A stretch of DNA of 64,000 bases from Octopus sinensis (GCF_006345805.1 NC_042998.1:35278001-35342000); one strand, 5' to 3'. Shown: positions 12,630 through 25,371, numbered from the stretch's first letter. The notes: generated by a model from the sequence alone, not told the origin. Program-made: numbers and translations.

Positions 12630-14325
12630 CAAGGTAGAAAATGCTAAAATAATTTTATCACGAAGTACATTTTAGTACTGGTTTGCGTTTTTTAGACGTT
12701 TTCAACTTAGAGTAAAACAAGAAAAGCAACTAAGTTGGAGAGCACAAAATTAAGTGAAATGTTTTTGTAAATATTTCCATAGTCTTCAAATAGGCTCTCT
12801 CTTTTCTCTCTTCCTTTGTGAATGGTTGGTATTTAGGTAGTAGCAAATCTGAAGAAATAGTTTTATGAGTACAGAGAATTGATGGTTTAAGCAGGAGCAG
12901 CCGATGGAGAAGAAGAAGAAGGAAGAGGAGGGGGATATGAAGAAGGAAGAGAAATAGGAGTAGGGAAAGAAGAGGAAGAAGGGGAAAGAAAAGAAAAATG
13001 TCAGGAGTGGTGTGACACAGTAGATTGTTCGTGCAATCTTCTTTAATGGTCAAACGACCTAAAAGTGACCTGTTGTGGTCGTAACAGTAGTGGCTGGAAT
13101 TGTTCTAAATGTAGTAGTTTCATCTGTGGTGAAAGCATTCAAAATAATTTGCGATAAAATATGCTTCTTTGCTAACGCGCTGATTATAGGTTGCATTGTC
13201 CCTGAATTTATAGAGGGGAAAAATTCTAACGTTGGGTTGTTCCTTAATGGCGCAAATAATGGCGCTTGCTTAATCCTAATTGTCTGTATTCTCGTATTTT
13301 AATCTGGGACCTATGTACCGTCATCCTCTGGCGTAGACTATTTATAGTTTGACCAATATATTTTTCTCGACACCCTGAGCAAGTTAATAGGTATATTATG
13401 TTTTCCGAAGCATATGTGGAGTTATATTTCACTGTAAAACATTGAGCCTGTTTGAAGGAGAATTCTGATCCTTTAATTAGGTTGGCACATATACCACAGT
13501 TAGGTCTTCCGCATTTTTTTACTGTCAGTTTCGGTGTTGTTGACGAGTGTACTTGGGCCTGTGTTAGAAAAGTTTATAATGACTTGGGCTGTCTTTTGCT
13601 CTTTATGATGGTGTGCGTTTGGAGGATTTGATCCATTCTATGATCCCTTTTTAGTAAACGGGTGTTCTGAAGGATGGTGTCGAAGGCCTCATCGTTTATA
13701 TATGTGGGGATATGTATGGTATGGCTTTTGGCTGTAAATCCTTCTTTAGTCCGGGGTGTCTGAGTTCGTGAATGTTGAGTTGTAAGGCACATTGAAATCC
13801 TATATCAATTAGTGATGCTGGGTAGTTCCTGCTGATGAGTGTATCCTTTAGTTCATGTAATCGTGTGTCCCTGGTGCTTGTATCAGATACTATAGTACAA
13901 ATCCTTTCGCCAAGTTGTAAAGGATATTCATTCTACTGTGTCTGGGCTGGCAAGAGTTGGATGGCAGATATTGCTTAGAGTCCGTGGGCTTATAGTAAAT
14001 GTCTATTTCTATTTTGTTGTTGGATTTCTTAATGAGGATGTCGAGGAATGGAAGTTGTAGGTGGCTATATTCCATCGAAAATTGAGTGTTTATGTTAAGT
14101 CCATTCAGAAGTGCTTGAAATTCTTTAAGTCTATACTTTCGTACCAAAGAATGAAACAGTCATTTAGATAAATTTTCCAGTTATTTTCTATGTACAGGGA
14201 ACATGGGTTTCCGTATTTTTATGTACCTTACGATAAAGATTGATTTCTACGCACCCCATGACTAGGTTATCAAAGGAGGGGGCCATTCGCGTGCCCATTG
14301 CGGTCACCGATTTTTCTGTCGATAG
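12630..14325 (-). mobile_element. Penelope-like element, Neptune-type, 5'-truncated: RT (motif B to thumb) + GIY-YIG + 3' repeat
   Basis: FYRQ..TAMGTRMAPSFDNLVMG; WKIYLNDCFILW (YLDD mutated); LPFLDILIKK..DIYYKPTDSKQYL; IYLLTCSGCREKYIGQTINSLRQRMTVHR; FPLYKFRDNATYNQRVSKEAYFI. Confidence 0.9.
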
Positions 14326-14401
14326 AAGTTAAATGCGGAGAGACAGACAGACAAACGGACAGAGAAAAAGAGAGAAAGAGGGAGAGAGAAATGGACAGAG
14401 A

Positions 14402-14442
<41 letters not shown>

Positions 14443-14452
14443 TATTATATAT

Positions 14453-14494
<42 letters not shown>

Positions 14495-14776
14495 GACAGT
14501 GTGCATTTGCGAGTGTGTAATTCCCAATGAACATGTTTTAGAATCCATTGCATAAATTTTGTTTTAACAAAGATAACGGGTGTAAGTTAATATTTTCCTT
14601 GTTTATTGCGGTTTAATTGATTGGATTCGGTCGCTGTTTCCTGCCTATTGATTTTTATTCATTTTATTCGTTATATTAGTAAGTAGCTGAGTATTTTTAA
14701 TCGCTAGTATCTGACTTACGCTATGTAATAAAATGTTATGCTATTCCCGTTATCATTTATTTAATGTTATGTTCTT

Positions 14777-14810
<34 letters not shown>

Positions 14811-15135
14811 TCTCTTTCTCTCTCTCTCTTTCTCTCCCTTCTCTTCTCTCTCCTCTCTCTCTCTACCAATCTCTCTCTACCAATCTCTCTCTACCAATCT
14901 CTTTCTGAATCTTGAGCATTACGTTTTTTACAGAGAACATATCTCTGTTAATTTTTTTCTTCCGAATTCTTTATGTGTAGGTAGTTATTCTCAAGTAATT
15001 TATGCTGCTTCTCCTGATTTCAAATACTCCAGTCTCAGACGAGCGTTTAAATTTCATGAAAGCATAATTTGTTTCGTAAAACGAGCACTCTGCTTATTAA
15101 TCATGTGTGATTACATACATCTACCTATGTACATA

Positions 15136-15500
15136 CAGGGTGCGTAAGATATTTGAGGCCAGATTTGTTTATAAAACAAAAACAGATATATAATAACAGA
15201 TAACTTTATTTATCAAAAAGTGCTATAAGGACAAAAATATACCTTCTTTTCTATCATGTTATTCAATAAAGCCACCTTCAGCTTCAACAACTGTTTCTAT
15301 ATGAGATCTAAATAATCTACATGCTCAAATCAAGTGGTACTGGTTTCATTTTGGACATTACTCTGACTATAGCAGCTTTCAATCTTTGGTGTGATGAGTA
15401 TGTTCATTGACCTCTCTCTCAACAACGCTCCACATGTAATAGTCCAGTGGATTGAGATCTGGGGAATTAGCATGCCAAATGTTAGGGGTTATGTGATAAC
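15136..15500 (-). mobile_element. Tc1/mariner (maT/DD37D-like) transposase 3' remnant with one TIR
   Basis: TA|CAGGGTGCG terminus; minus strand reads WHANSPDLNPLDYYMWSVVERE. Confidence 0.8.
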
Positions 15501-15507
15501 ATAAATA

Positions 15508-15544
<37 letters not shown>

Positions 15545-15955
15545 TTAATATTTACAAATACACAGGCACGAAAAAAATTGGACCTTTTTAAAAAAGTTTT
15601 TCACCGGATTCCTTGTGGTTTCGATGACGGAGATTCTGAATATGCCAAAAATAATGTTTTCAAAATTTTCAATTCCCTCCCCACCACAAATTTTTTAATT
15701 TCAACTTTTTTTCGAAATTTTTTTTTTTTTTTCAGTCTACGTGGAAAAATATGCAGATTAATAATATGGAAAAACAGGATTCCGCTGAAAAATTTTCAAA
15801 AAAAACTAGATTTTTTCGTGCCGGTGTGTACTTGCAAACATTAGCCATGTATGTATATATATATATAATATATTATATATATTATATATATATATATATA
15901 ATATATATATATATATATAAGATATATTATTATATATATATATATAATATATAAC

Positions 15956-15984
<29 letters not shown>

Positions 15985-15986
<2 letters not shown>

Positions 15987-16353
15987 AAAGTGTAGGTGGC
16001 ATACGAGTGGGTATATTATAAAAAAAGAAGCGTGAAAACGCCACTATATAAGATAAATTTTAATTTTCTGAGAGATTTTACATGTTTCGGTTCTTCTTGA
16101 AAAATCGAACCTTATCAAAAATATTTTTAAAAGTTAAGTGCAATAAAAATGTTCATAATTGTTTCACACACAAAACACCACAATGTGGACTTTTGAGACT
16201 AGTAAGAAACAGTTATGAACTTTTTTTATTACACTTAACTTTTAAAAATATTTTTGATAAGATTCGATTTTTCAAGAAGAACCGAAACATGTAAAATCTC
16301 TCAGAAAATTAAAATTTATCTTATCTAGCGGCGTTTTCACTTCATTTTTATAA

Positions 16354-16355
<2 letters not shown>
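15985..16355. mobile_element. Fold-back PLE-type terminal repeat element with two HHR motifs
   Basis: Arms ~16015-16160 and ~16210-16355 are reverse complements around a ~50-bp loop; TA/TG flanks. Confidence 0.8.
16075..16122 (-). ncRNA. Type I hammerhead ribozyme motif, U3-A8 core variant (mirror copy 16250-16297, +)
   Basis: ATTT-TTGATAA-GGTTC(13 nt)GAACC-GAAAC-ATGT-A-AAAT: stem I ATTT/AAAT, 5-bp stem II, palindromic stem III ACATGT, GUA site. Confidence 0.65.
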
Positions 16356-16399
<44 letters not shown>

Positions 16400-16605
16400 A
16401 TAGACAGACAGATAGATAGATAGATAAATAGATGCATACATACATACATACACACACAAACACACACTCATACATACATACATACATACATACATACATA
16501 CATACATACATACACGCACACATACATATACATAGGTAGATGTCTGTAATCACACAAGATTGTTAAGCAGAATATTTGTTTTACCAAACAAATTATGCTG
16601 CGATA

Positions 16606-17390
16606 GGCGCAGGGAGGGGGGCTATGTGGTAAGAAACTAGCTTCCGGTTCAACAACGTTGTTCGTGTTTTTTTTTTCTGTGCGCTGTAAGTTATTATTTT
16701 TCTGTTGAAATGTTGTTATTCGTTGTGAATTTTTGTTAAAATCTTTTCATTGTTGAACTGCTGTCTGTTTGCAGGTGTTGTTGAGCTGGGTACTTGTATC
16801 GCAGAGTGGTCCCGGTTCGCGCACGCGCGCAGACGCGCGTCCGTGCTAGCCAGACGTAGGCAGTCGATCCTACAAGCTGACTGGCGCATGCACGATATAT
16901 ACGATATATACCTGTATCGATATATACGTGTATACGATATATACTTGTATATATACGATATATACTTGTATCGCACAAGTATATATACAAGTATATATCG
17001 TATACACGTATATATCGATACAGGTATATATCGTATATATCGTGCATGCGCCAGTCAACTTGTAGGATCGACTGCCTACGTCTAGCTAGCACGGACGCGC
17101 GTCTGCGCGTGTGTGCAAACCGGGACCACTCTGCGATACAAGTACCGTTGAGCTGTATATTATTTCCCGGGATACCGGGAAATAGAAAGATTTCTATGGC
17201 CATTTGGCATTTATTTATTCCATGTATTTTTAACGGAGTACACATTGTTATTATTTGGCCTTTATAGGCATTGTTGAGCTACACACTGCCCCCAAACGGG
17301 GGGGGGGGTTGAACTGTCGTTTTTCTTGCAAGGAATTAATTTTTGAACCGGAAAAAAGGGAAACCTATAATTTCTCTATTGGGGAAAATA
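16606..17390 (+). mobile_element. SINE family B head fused at GCTTCC|GGT to a Tx1-associated segment
   Basis: Head at 16606-16645; downstream sequence homologous to 3006-3500; interrupted by the MITE at 16789-17146. Confidence 0.65.
16789..17146. mobile_element. Fold-back MITE, Mutator (MULE)-like
   Basis: The whole 358-bp element is a near-perfect palindrome GGTACTTGTATCGCAGAG...CTCTGCGATACAAGTACC; 9-bp TSD GTTGAGCTG at 16780-16788 and 17147-17155. Confidence 0.9.
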
Positions 17391-17392
17391 AC

Positions 17393-18169
17393 GGATCTTT
17401 TCCTTTTGAACGGCACAATTTCTAGTTAACTAAACACTTTTAAACTTCGAATACTGGTAGAATGTGTTTATAAAACATCATTTTTTTCTTGGCTTTATTG
17501 AGAAAATTCTATAGTTTGTAAGATATTTCGTCTGAAGATCCGAGCATTTCGGCAATTTTAACCAATCAATTACCTCCATTCAACTAAAATCATTTGCTGC
17601 ATCTAAAACTGAGACAACATCCTGTAACTAACCCTAAACCTCCCCCTACCCTAACCCTAAATTTTTTTCTTAATTGTTAAATCAATTTAATTGTTACGCG
17701 TGTAAAAAAAACGAAAGCAATGGAAAATGATTTAAACGATTAACAAACAAAATAATTCTATAATTTTATACACACGCTTTCCGTACGTATACGAAGAGTG
17801 TGTGTTACGGAAAGCGTGGTATAAAATTATAGAATTATTTTGTTTGTTAATTGTTTAAATCATTTTCCATTGCTTTCGGGTTTTTTTACACGCGTAACAA
17901 TTAAATTAATTTAACAATTAAGAAAACAAAATTAGGGTTAGGTTGAGGGGTAGTGTCTCAGTTTTTGACGCAGCAAATGATTTTAGCTCAAAAGAGAGCA
18001 TAGAATTGGTTAAAATTCGAAAAATTAAACTACGTTAAACAAACAAATTACAATTTTCTCAAGAAAGCCAAGAGAAAAAATGCTTTCTTTTGACACATTC
18101 TACCAGTATACGAAGTTTTAAAGTGTTTAGTTAACTAGAAATTGTCTGCCGTTCAAAAGGAAAAGATCC
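17393..18169. mobile_element. ~780-bp fold-back element related to the 2228-2580 MITE
   Basis: Termini GGATCTTTTCCTTTTGAACGGCA / TGCCGTTCAAAAGGAAAAGATCC; arms pair to a ~20-bp loop at 17786-17805; CCCTAA and TTAGGG blocks at ~17630-17660 and ~17932-17953. Confidence 0.85.
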
Positions 18170-18240
18170 CATATATGTACATACCTACATCTATATGTAT
18201 ATATGCATGCATATATGGGCACACGACATCAAAAAAATAC

Positions 18241-18284
<44 letters not shown>

Positions 18285-18293
18285 TAAAATCTA

Positions 18294-18443
18294 GGCACAG
18301 GGGTGGCTATGTGGTAGGAAGTGTGCTTCCCAACCAAACAGTTTCAGGCTCAGTCCCACTGCATGGAAATTTGGGTAAGTGTCTTTATCGCTTGATAAAG
18401 GCCTTGTAAGAGCATTTGGCAGACGGAAACTGAAAGAAGCCCG

Positions 18444-18504
<61 letters not shown>

Positions 18505-18704
18505 ACTCCGACCACCACTCGATAACCGGTGCTGATGTTTTTGCGTCGCCGTAACCTAGCGGTTCACCAAAAGATATCAATAGAATAAGTTCCAAGTTTA
18601 GCATAATTAAACAATGGAATCGTTTCTTCGACTAAAAGTCCTTCAAAGTCGGTGCTGCAGTATGGCCACAGTCGAATGACTGAAACAGGTACAAGAATAA
18701 AAGA
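18294..18704 (+). mobile_element. SINE family B, full length with internal (TG)n
   Basis: tRNA-like head, GACGGAAACTGAAAGAAGCCCG body, 3' CAGTC-GAAT-GACTG-AAAC stem-loop. Confidence 0.9.
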
Positions 18705-18786
18705 AAACTACATACATACATTCCAGACACTGGGCGAATGAAATTTGCATATCCACGAGACAATTTACATCCAGCTTGATCATATA

Positions 18787-19898
18787 CAGGGTGCGGTGAA
18801 TATATATTTCTTTACTGCCCACAAGGGGCTAAACATAGAGGGGACAAACAAGGACAGACAAACGGATTAAGTCGATTATATCGACCCCAGTGCGTAACTG
18901 GTACTTATTTAATCGACCCCGAAAGGATGAAAGGTAAAGTCGACATCGGCGGAATTTGAACTCAGAATGTAACGACAGACGAAATACCGCTAAGCATTTC
19001 GCCCGGCGTGCTAACGTTTCTGCCAGCTCGCCGCCTTAATGCGGTGAATATATTGTCGTCTAAATTACGCAAAAATTCAAATAACACTGACATCTCATTT
19101 TAACAAATATATTTACCAAAATTATATAAAAATATCTTGAAATACTAAAGAATAAATTTATCCGATAAAATCCCCATTGGCTTCAACTACGGCCGCCAGA
19201 CGCCTTCAGAATCTCCTGCAACTCTTCTGGGCGGTCTTTTTGTTTAAATTGGTGAATGCTGCCGTAATATTTGCCTTCAGTTTATCTTTGGTGTTCGAAG
19301 GAGTTTTGTTGGTCTCTCGCTCAACTGTGCCCCACACAAAATTCAAGAGGGTTGCAGTCTGGGGAGTTAGGTGGCCTGATGTTAAGTGTGATGTGGTCGC
19401 AGAAATTGTGTATCAGCCATGGCTAGGTTCTCTTGCCGGTGATCATGGTGTAGAGTTCTGTTGCCAGACATAGGGTCTTCCAGCAGCTACCCTCTTGACT
19501 CAGAGCAGCACTATCTACCCCAGCCACTTCATGTAGGCCTCTATATTAAGTCCGAGGCCGTGTGGGAAGATGAATGGAGGCATAACGTCGCCATCACTAG
19601 TGATCACTCCAAACACCATGATGTTGACAATGTCTGATTCTTATCGCTCTAGGTACATGTCCTCAGATTGACACCCAAATTCTCTGAAATGTTCGTATTG
19701 GAGCTTCCGGCGCGAATGCCAAGCAGTACATGTCACTTCCAAATTTCTGGCAGAGTGAATTGCGTCATGGTGCTGTTTTTGTCACAGACGGTGACTAACT
19801 GACCCTACTATACTGTGCAGGCGACAAAATCAGAAACAAACAATGCGCATGCGTGAAATAAAAAATATAAAATTACGACAATTTACCTAACGCACCCT
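18787..19898 (-). mobile_element. Degenerate Tc1/mariner (maT/DD37D-like) element with both TIRs
   Basis: TA|CAGGGTGCGGTGAATATATTGTCG left TIR and CGACAATTTACCTAACGCACCCT right TIR; minus strand reads WPPNSPDCNPLEFCVWGTVERETNK. Confidence 0.8.
18806..19035 (-). mobile_element. SINE family A nested in the mariner TIR
   Basis: Family match; 14-bp TSD TGCGGTGAATATAT at 18792-18805 and 19040-19053. Confidence 0.9.
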
Positions 19899-20309
19899 CT
19901 ATAAGATAACTTACGGAAACATACGAGTGCCAGAGGACAATGGTTCGCTGATGAATAAACAATTGTATTGTAACATGGACAAGTATTTTGCTAGTGAGCG
20001 GTACAAAGCAGGTATCTTTAGATAGAAACAACCAGAAAAGAAAATTGCTTATATATTAGGTTATAGTTTCTATTTTGTTAATCTTAGTAGAAGAGAAACA
20101 TCATTTAATTGAAGTGCCAAGTCTTTTCAAGAAGAAAAATTTTATGATATTATGGTTTCTCCTCTCGTACAATGTGACGGTTACTAAAAACTGAAATCGA
20201 TGTCATTCATGTTGAATTCCATTCCACAGAGATAATTGCTTTTTTAAAGCATTCGCTCGTTACAATGTCGTTAGACCACTGAAAGCGTAAGAGCTACTAG
20301 AATAAAATG

Positions 20310-20700
20310 GACGCTAGACAGAAGTCAACAGGTGACGATGTACATTAGACTTAAAAGACTGGAGGTGACATTGAAGAGGAAAAACAAAACTTTGGAAGGG
20401 AATTCCAAAGTTCAGAGGTGCGAGGGAAGAAACTGGTACTGTGAAGTGCTTTACGACACTTTAGGAGGTCGCACAGTATACTGATGAGAACTGGATGCAA
20501 GTCAAGTTCATTGCTGATATGTTCTTAAAGGAGGAACCAGAGAAGGGAGCTCAGCTGAACAACGGCCATGAAAATACTTATAGAAAATGGACAAGGAAGC
20601 CACACGACGGCGATGACAGAGTGAATCCAATTTAGAAGAGAGATCAATGCAAACCATTGAGCCGAATCTATGTGCGATTACTCGACTTACTAGACATAGC
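20310..20700 (-). pseudogene. CR1/L2-group LINE 3' ORF2 remnant
   Basis: Minus strand reads LSHRRRVASLSIFYKYFHGRCSAELPSLVPP, a typical C-terminal tail of CR1/L2-group RTs. Confidence 0.75.
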
Positions 20701-20890
20701 GACTAAATGACCCTTTTCCCCTCCCAGTCACATTATGTTTCAAAACGCAAAGACATTATATCTTCAAAAGCGTGTGGTCATACCGTTCATCATTTGTCCA
20801 CATGATCAGTGATTACCCAGGGGTAATTAACATCGACATAAAATTCTTGCCTGAAGTTACGTTCTGTATTTATTTTGTATGTTTCTGTAT

Positions 20891-21195
20891 AGTAAGTAGC
20901 TTGCTTCCCAACCACAAGGTTCCATGTTCAGTCCCACTGTGTGGCACCTTGGGCAAATGTCTTCTACTATAGCTTTGGGTCGTCAAAAAGCCTTGTATGT
21001 GGATCTGATAGACGGAAACTAAAAGAAGCCCATTCTATAAAATTATGTGTGTATGTGTGCGTATTTGTGTCTGTGTTTCCCCACCACCGCTTGACAACCG
21101 GTGTTGGTATTTTTACGTTCCCGTAACTTAGCAGTTGGGTAAAAGTAGCCAATAGAATATATACCAGGTTTTAAAAGAATAAGTACTGGAAAATC
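20891..21195 (+). mobile_element. SINE family B, both ends truncated
   Basis: Family match. Confidence 0.85.
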
Positions 21196-21454
21196 AGCCC
21201 AAAAAGTACTCCACCCAGTGAGAGACAAATATTATTTAATGTACATAGTATTCAAAATAAGAGCTATTAATAGTTTTCTTGTCATAGAGACACTGAGCTT
21301 AAGCAGGTTTATATAATATGCCTTGTGTCTTCCAAGCAGTCTGTAGGCTCAGAGTATATGTTTGGTTCTGTTTGAAAATCAGGATTCTGGTATACAGGAT
21401 ATCACGAGAAAAATCGAGAAGACGCCTTAGTGATATATATATATATATATATAT

Positions 21455-22036
21455 ATAAATTTATATATGAGGATAATATCGATATTTAAGTGTCGAAATT
21501 ATCAAGTGGCCAGCATGAAAGAAATACCTTACAAAGGTAAAAAAAATTTTAACAATTAAAAATGAGGGTGTCTAAAAGACACCAACATGCCGAAATAGCA
21601 GTCGAAACTCTGACTATAAAACCACGTTAAATGTTCATATCGCACCATGAGGCAAAGCGGAGGGACAAAACATACAAGCAAAAATTATTGAATAATTCAA
21701 GATCCAAGGATTTCTGGTTCTGCTTTAGATAAGCTTTACCGTCCTCAATTGAGTATATCAAGGGTACATAAATACAGATATATATATGCACAGCAAACGA
21801 TATACTTACATATACGAGCGTCGTACATACATACATATGCACGTATGGACACAGCCAGTCTGAATCGCCCGCCAAATCACCGCATAAGTACGATATGGTT
21901 AAAATAAGCACCGCAGTGAATATAATAACGAATTATATAAATTTATATATGAGGATAATATCGATATTTAAGTGTCGAAATTATCAAGTGGCCAGCATGA
22001 AAGAAATACCTTACAAAGGTAAAAAAAATTTTAACA

Positions 22037-22038
<2 letters not shown>
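21455..22038 (+). repeat. Element bounded by ~100-bp direct repeats, between (TA)n tracts
   Basis: ATAAATTTATATATGAGGATAATATCG...TTTTAACAAT at 21455-21556 and ~21936-22038. Confidence 0.7.
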
Positions 22039-22084
<46 letters not shown>

Positions 22085-22088
<4 letters not shown>

Positions 22089-22372
22089 TTTTGGGATTTG
22101 GTTTGCAAGATTCTTTATATGAGTTCGTGTGTTGAAGCACATTCTGTTGTGTCTGGAGAGAGTTATTCTCTTTTGGTGCCTTATAATTTAACACACTCAC
22201 TGGTAAAATTTCCACTTATTTCTTTTTTTATTTTTCTAAAATTTTCGTTGCGTCTTGCAACCTTTTCAAAACTATTGAAAAGTAGAACAAAAAGAAATAA
22301 GTGGAAATTTTGCCGGTGAGTGTGTTAAATTATAAGGCACTAAAAGAGAATGACTCTCCCCAGACACAACAG
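22085..22372. mobile_element. Fold-back PLE-type terminal repeat element with a partial HHR
   Basis: Arms ~22144-22226 and ~22290-22372 are reverse complements; (TA)n flanks; minus strand TTGAAAA-G-GTTGC(AAGAC)GCAAC-GAAAATTT-TAG at 22236-22269. Confidence 0.7.
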
Positions 22373-23901
22373 TATATATATATATGTATGTATATATAAT
22401 GCAACCGCTATCCGATATCCTAATAACTTGCATGCAATAATGTTGCTCAAACGTTAACACTCCTTAGATCTCCTGCAAGCTTTCAATTTTCTCGATTTCT
22501 TTTCAGTGCAATGTATTGGTACACTTGAGTGCTTTCTTATATACGTATATTTGTAGGCATTTTATTTTACTTGTAGAATAAACGAACTACATCTACTTTG
22601 ATTTTTCTTCTGTTTATTCCTTAATATACTTCGAGAAATTAACAATATCAACACTTCTTTTAATACCCAGTTTAAAGAAGCTATTAAATGCATATTTTCT
22701 TGACCCTCTAAATTGACATACAAAATTTTGTTATTATGAAAAGTTGAATCCTCGACATTAAGAAAATATATTCGTTTGCTATGAGCATTTTTCGTAAATA
22801 AAAGAGAGATCGCTGTTAATAATGGTGCGTTACGAGATCAAATGCTTTGCAGTCTCCAATTATATCTTTTTATGTCTAAGTTCAAATTTTCCGTGTAGAA
22901 TTTACTTTCCACAGATTTACAGTAATAACATTAGTACCAGCAATATATTGCGCTTAATTTCATCAATTATACAAAAAGAATGTTTCCAGCAACTAAGCTA
23001 CTAATAAAACAAAAAAAAAAGCAAAAGGGATCTTTTTTTTTTATTTCTAGTCATTTAATTCCTGAAAAATATTTCCTTCTTTCTTTTTTAATTTTGGGGC
23101 ATTTTTTAATACTTTGTTTTGGATGGGTTTTTTTGTTGTTGTTTTTTTTTGTTTTGTTTTTTCACTTTTGAAAATCAAAATATCAGATCAGATTTAACCA
23201 ACGACTAATAATTCTTACTGCTTCCAACGCATTCCACTTAGTACAAGAAAGCGATAAAATTGAAAGCTTGCGGGAGATCTAAGGATTGTTTACCTTTGAA
23301 CAATGTTATAGCATGCAAGCAATTAGGATATCTGTCAGTAGTTGTTCAGTTATTGACATCTCATACGCACATTTACACACACACTTACGCACTCACACTA
23401 ACACATGTATATGTATGTATGTGTGTATATTTACGTAAAATATAGGGTAATGAGTTTTCTAGAAATTTCACTACCAGTGGCCTAGCATGTATAAAAAAGT
23501 CAATAGACAATATATTCTCAATATAAAATAGAAAACTGCTTTCAACAGGCAGTTTTTACACGCTAGAAGAAGTAGTCAAAACTATCAAAACCACATTTAA
23601 GAGCAATCTTCAAAAGGAATGAAAAATAAAAACTTTTACCTTGTTATTTTAATCCGGTCAGACCTAGGTTTCCATTTTTTTTTAGCAAATAAAATAATTT
23701 GCTAGGAGAATTTCTGATCAGTGATAGCGCCATAACACTAACATATAATTAATTGGTTTTGGGCGTTTTGCCTACTTCTTCTAACGTGTAAAAACTGTTG
23801 AAGGCAGTTTTCTCTTGTGTTTAAATGTACACTATTTTATATGTGTATATATATACACACATACATATACACCCAAACACACACACACACATGTATGTAT
23901 G

Positions 23902-23937
<36 letters not shown>

Positions 23938-23958
23938 TATATATATATATATATATAT

Positions 23959-23993
<35 letters not shown>

Positions 23994-24990
23994 AAATGAG
24001 AAAATGGAGAAATATATCTAAATCAATCATCAACTATCAGATAATACCCAATCACATACTTTATTAAAACACTACACAATAGCAATGAGATTAAACATTA
24101 ATACAGTACAATAATTACAATCAATATAGTGAGATATAACTAAATAAATATAACAAGATATAAAAATACATTTACATTATAACTGACAGCTGTTTCGGCC
24201 ATGAAGATAGGTATGTCTCATTTAACCTATTAGCCATATAATGCAGGTATAAATGAGACATTAACAAGAATATCTTACGGCCTATATATATATATATATA
24301 TATATAGTAGTTCCTGTATGTATAGTTTGAAGTACGACTGATACTGGTGAATTTAGAGCTGTACATAGAGCATCATTATCCGGTGTGGTCATTATCCGGT
24401 GTGGTTTCTGTTCTACTTAGTAGTATTACTGTTTATGATATTCAGAATGAAAATACGTGGAAATACGATTAACACATGCAGTTAATTTCTTTTCATTCTT
24501 CTCTACACACATTTTGCGATGTTAGAATTTTATCTTGATAAAATACGTTATCTTCACTATGAAATTCTATGCATTATCACACACACAGCCATGCACATAC
24601 GTTCATATATACATAAACACGCATACAACCACACACTCACCCCACCTCTCTCTCTCTCTCTCTCTCTCTTTCTCACACACATACACAACACATATGCACA
24701 TATGCTCGCGCGCACACATGCACATACATAGATTCATTAGAATTTAGGTACATCATCGCCTAAGTTGCCAGGACTGGCTAGATATCATAACTTTGGGTTC
24801 AGCTAAAGCAGCAATAGGCTGTCGTTTGTTGGTACTAAATGTAGCAAATCCTAAATAAACCGTAGATTAGACTCAGGAGTGACGTAAGTACGAAAGAACA
24901 TAGATGGGGATCTAAAAATTTTCTACAGCTGTTTCGATAGCATTTTATTTATGCATTCATAGATTACATCATCGCTTAAATCCACCATAT

Positions 24991-25019
<29 letters not shown>

Positions 25020-25023
<4 letters not shown>

Positions 25024-25248
25024 TAATAAATGAAATAAAACATATGCATATATATAAACATATATGTACGTACCTACCTCTACATGTACATATACACGCA
25101 TATGTGAGTACAGGACACCAAAGGGACGTCGAACACAAAGGGAAACGAAAACATAGACACAAACCAAAGGAACTGGACACTTTTTTGAAAACATCAAAAA
25201 ATGGAGTACAGGACAATTAACACAAGGAAAAACCCCTTCTTCAGTCGC
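25020..25248 (-). mobile_element. Short TA-embedded repeat, single copy of the unit folded back at 40.8-41.5 kb
   Basis: GTACGTACCTACCTCTACATG..GTACAGGACACC..CTTCTTCAGTCGC is shared with 40830-41020. Confidence 0.7.
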
Positions 25249-25284
<36 letters not shown>

Positions 25285-25286
25285 AA

Positions 25287-25371
25287 GGCGCCGCATGACT
25301 TAGTGGTTAGGGTATTCGGATCGCGCTCGTAAGGTCGTGAGTTCAATTCCGGCGACACGTTGTGTCCTTGA

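Noticed and set aside
24180-24975. Two minus-strand GAAAC-AGCT-GT-H motifs (~24185-24230 and ~24925-24975) as ribozymes
   Set aside because: Stem III is HHR-like, but the cores (TAAATGA, GCGATGA) and stems I/II are broken; at best decayed PLE ends
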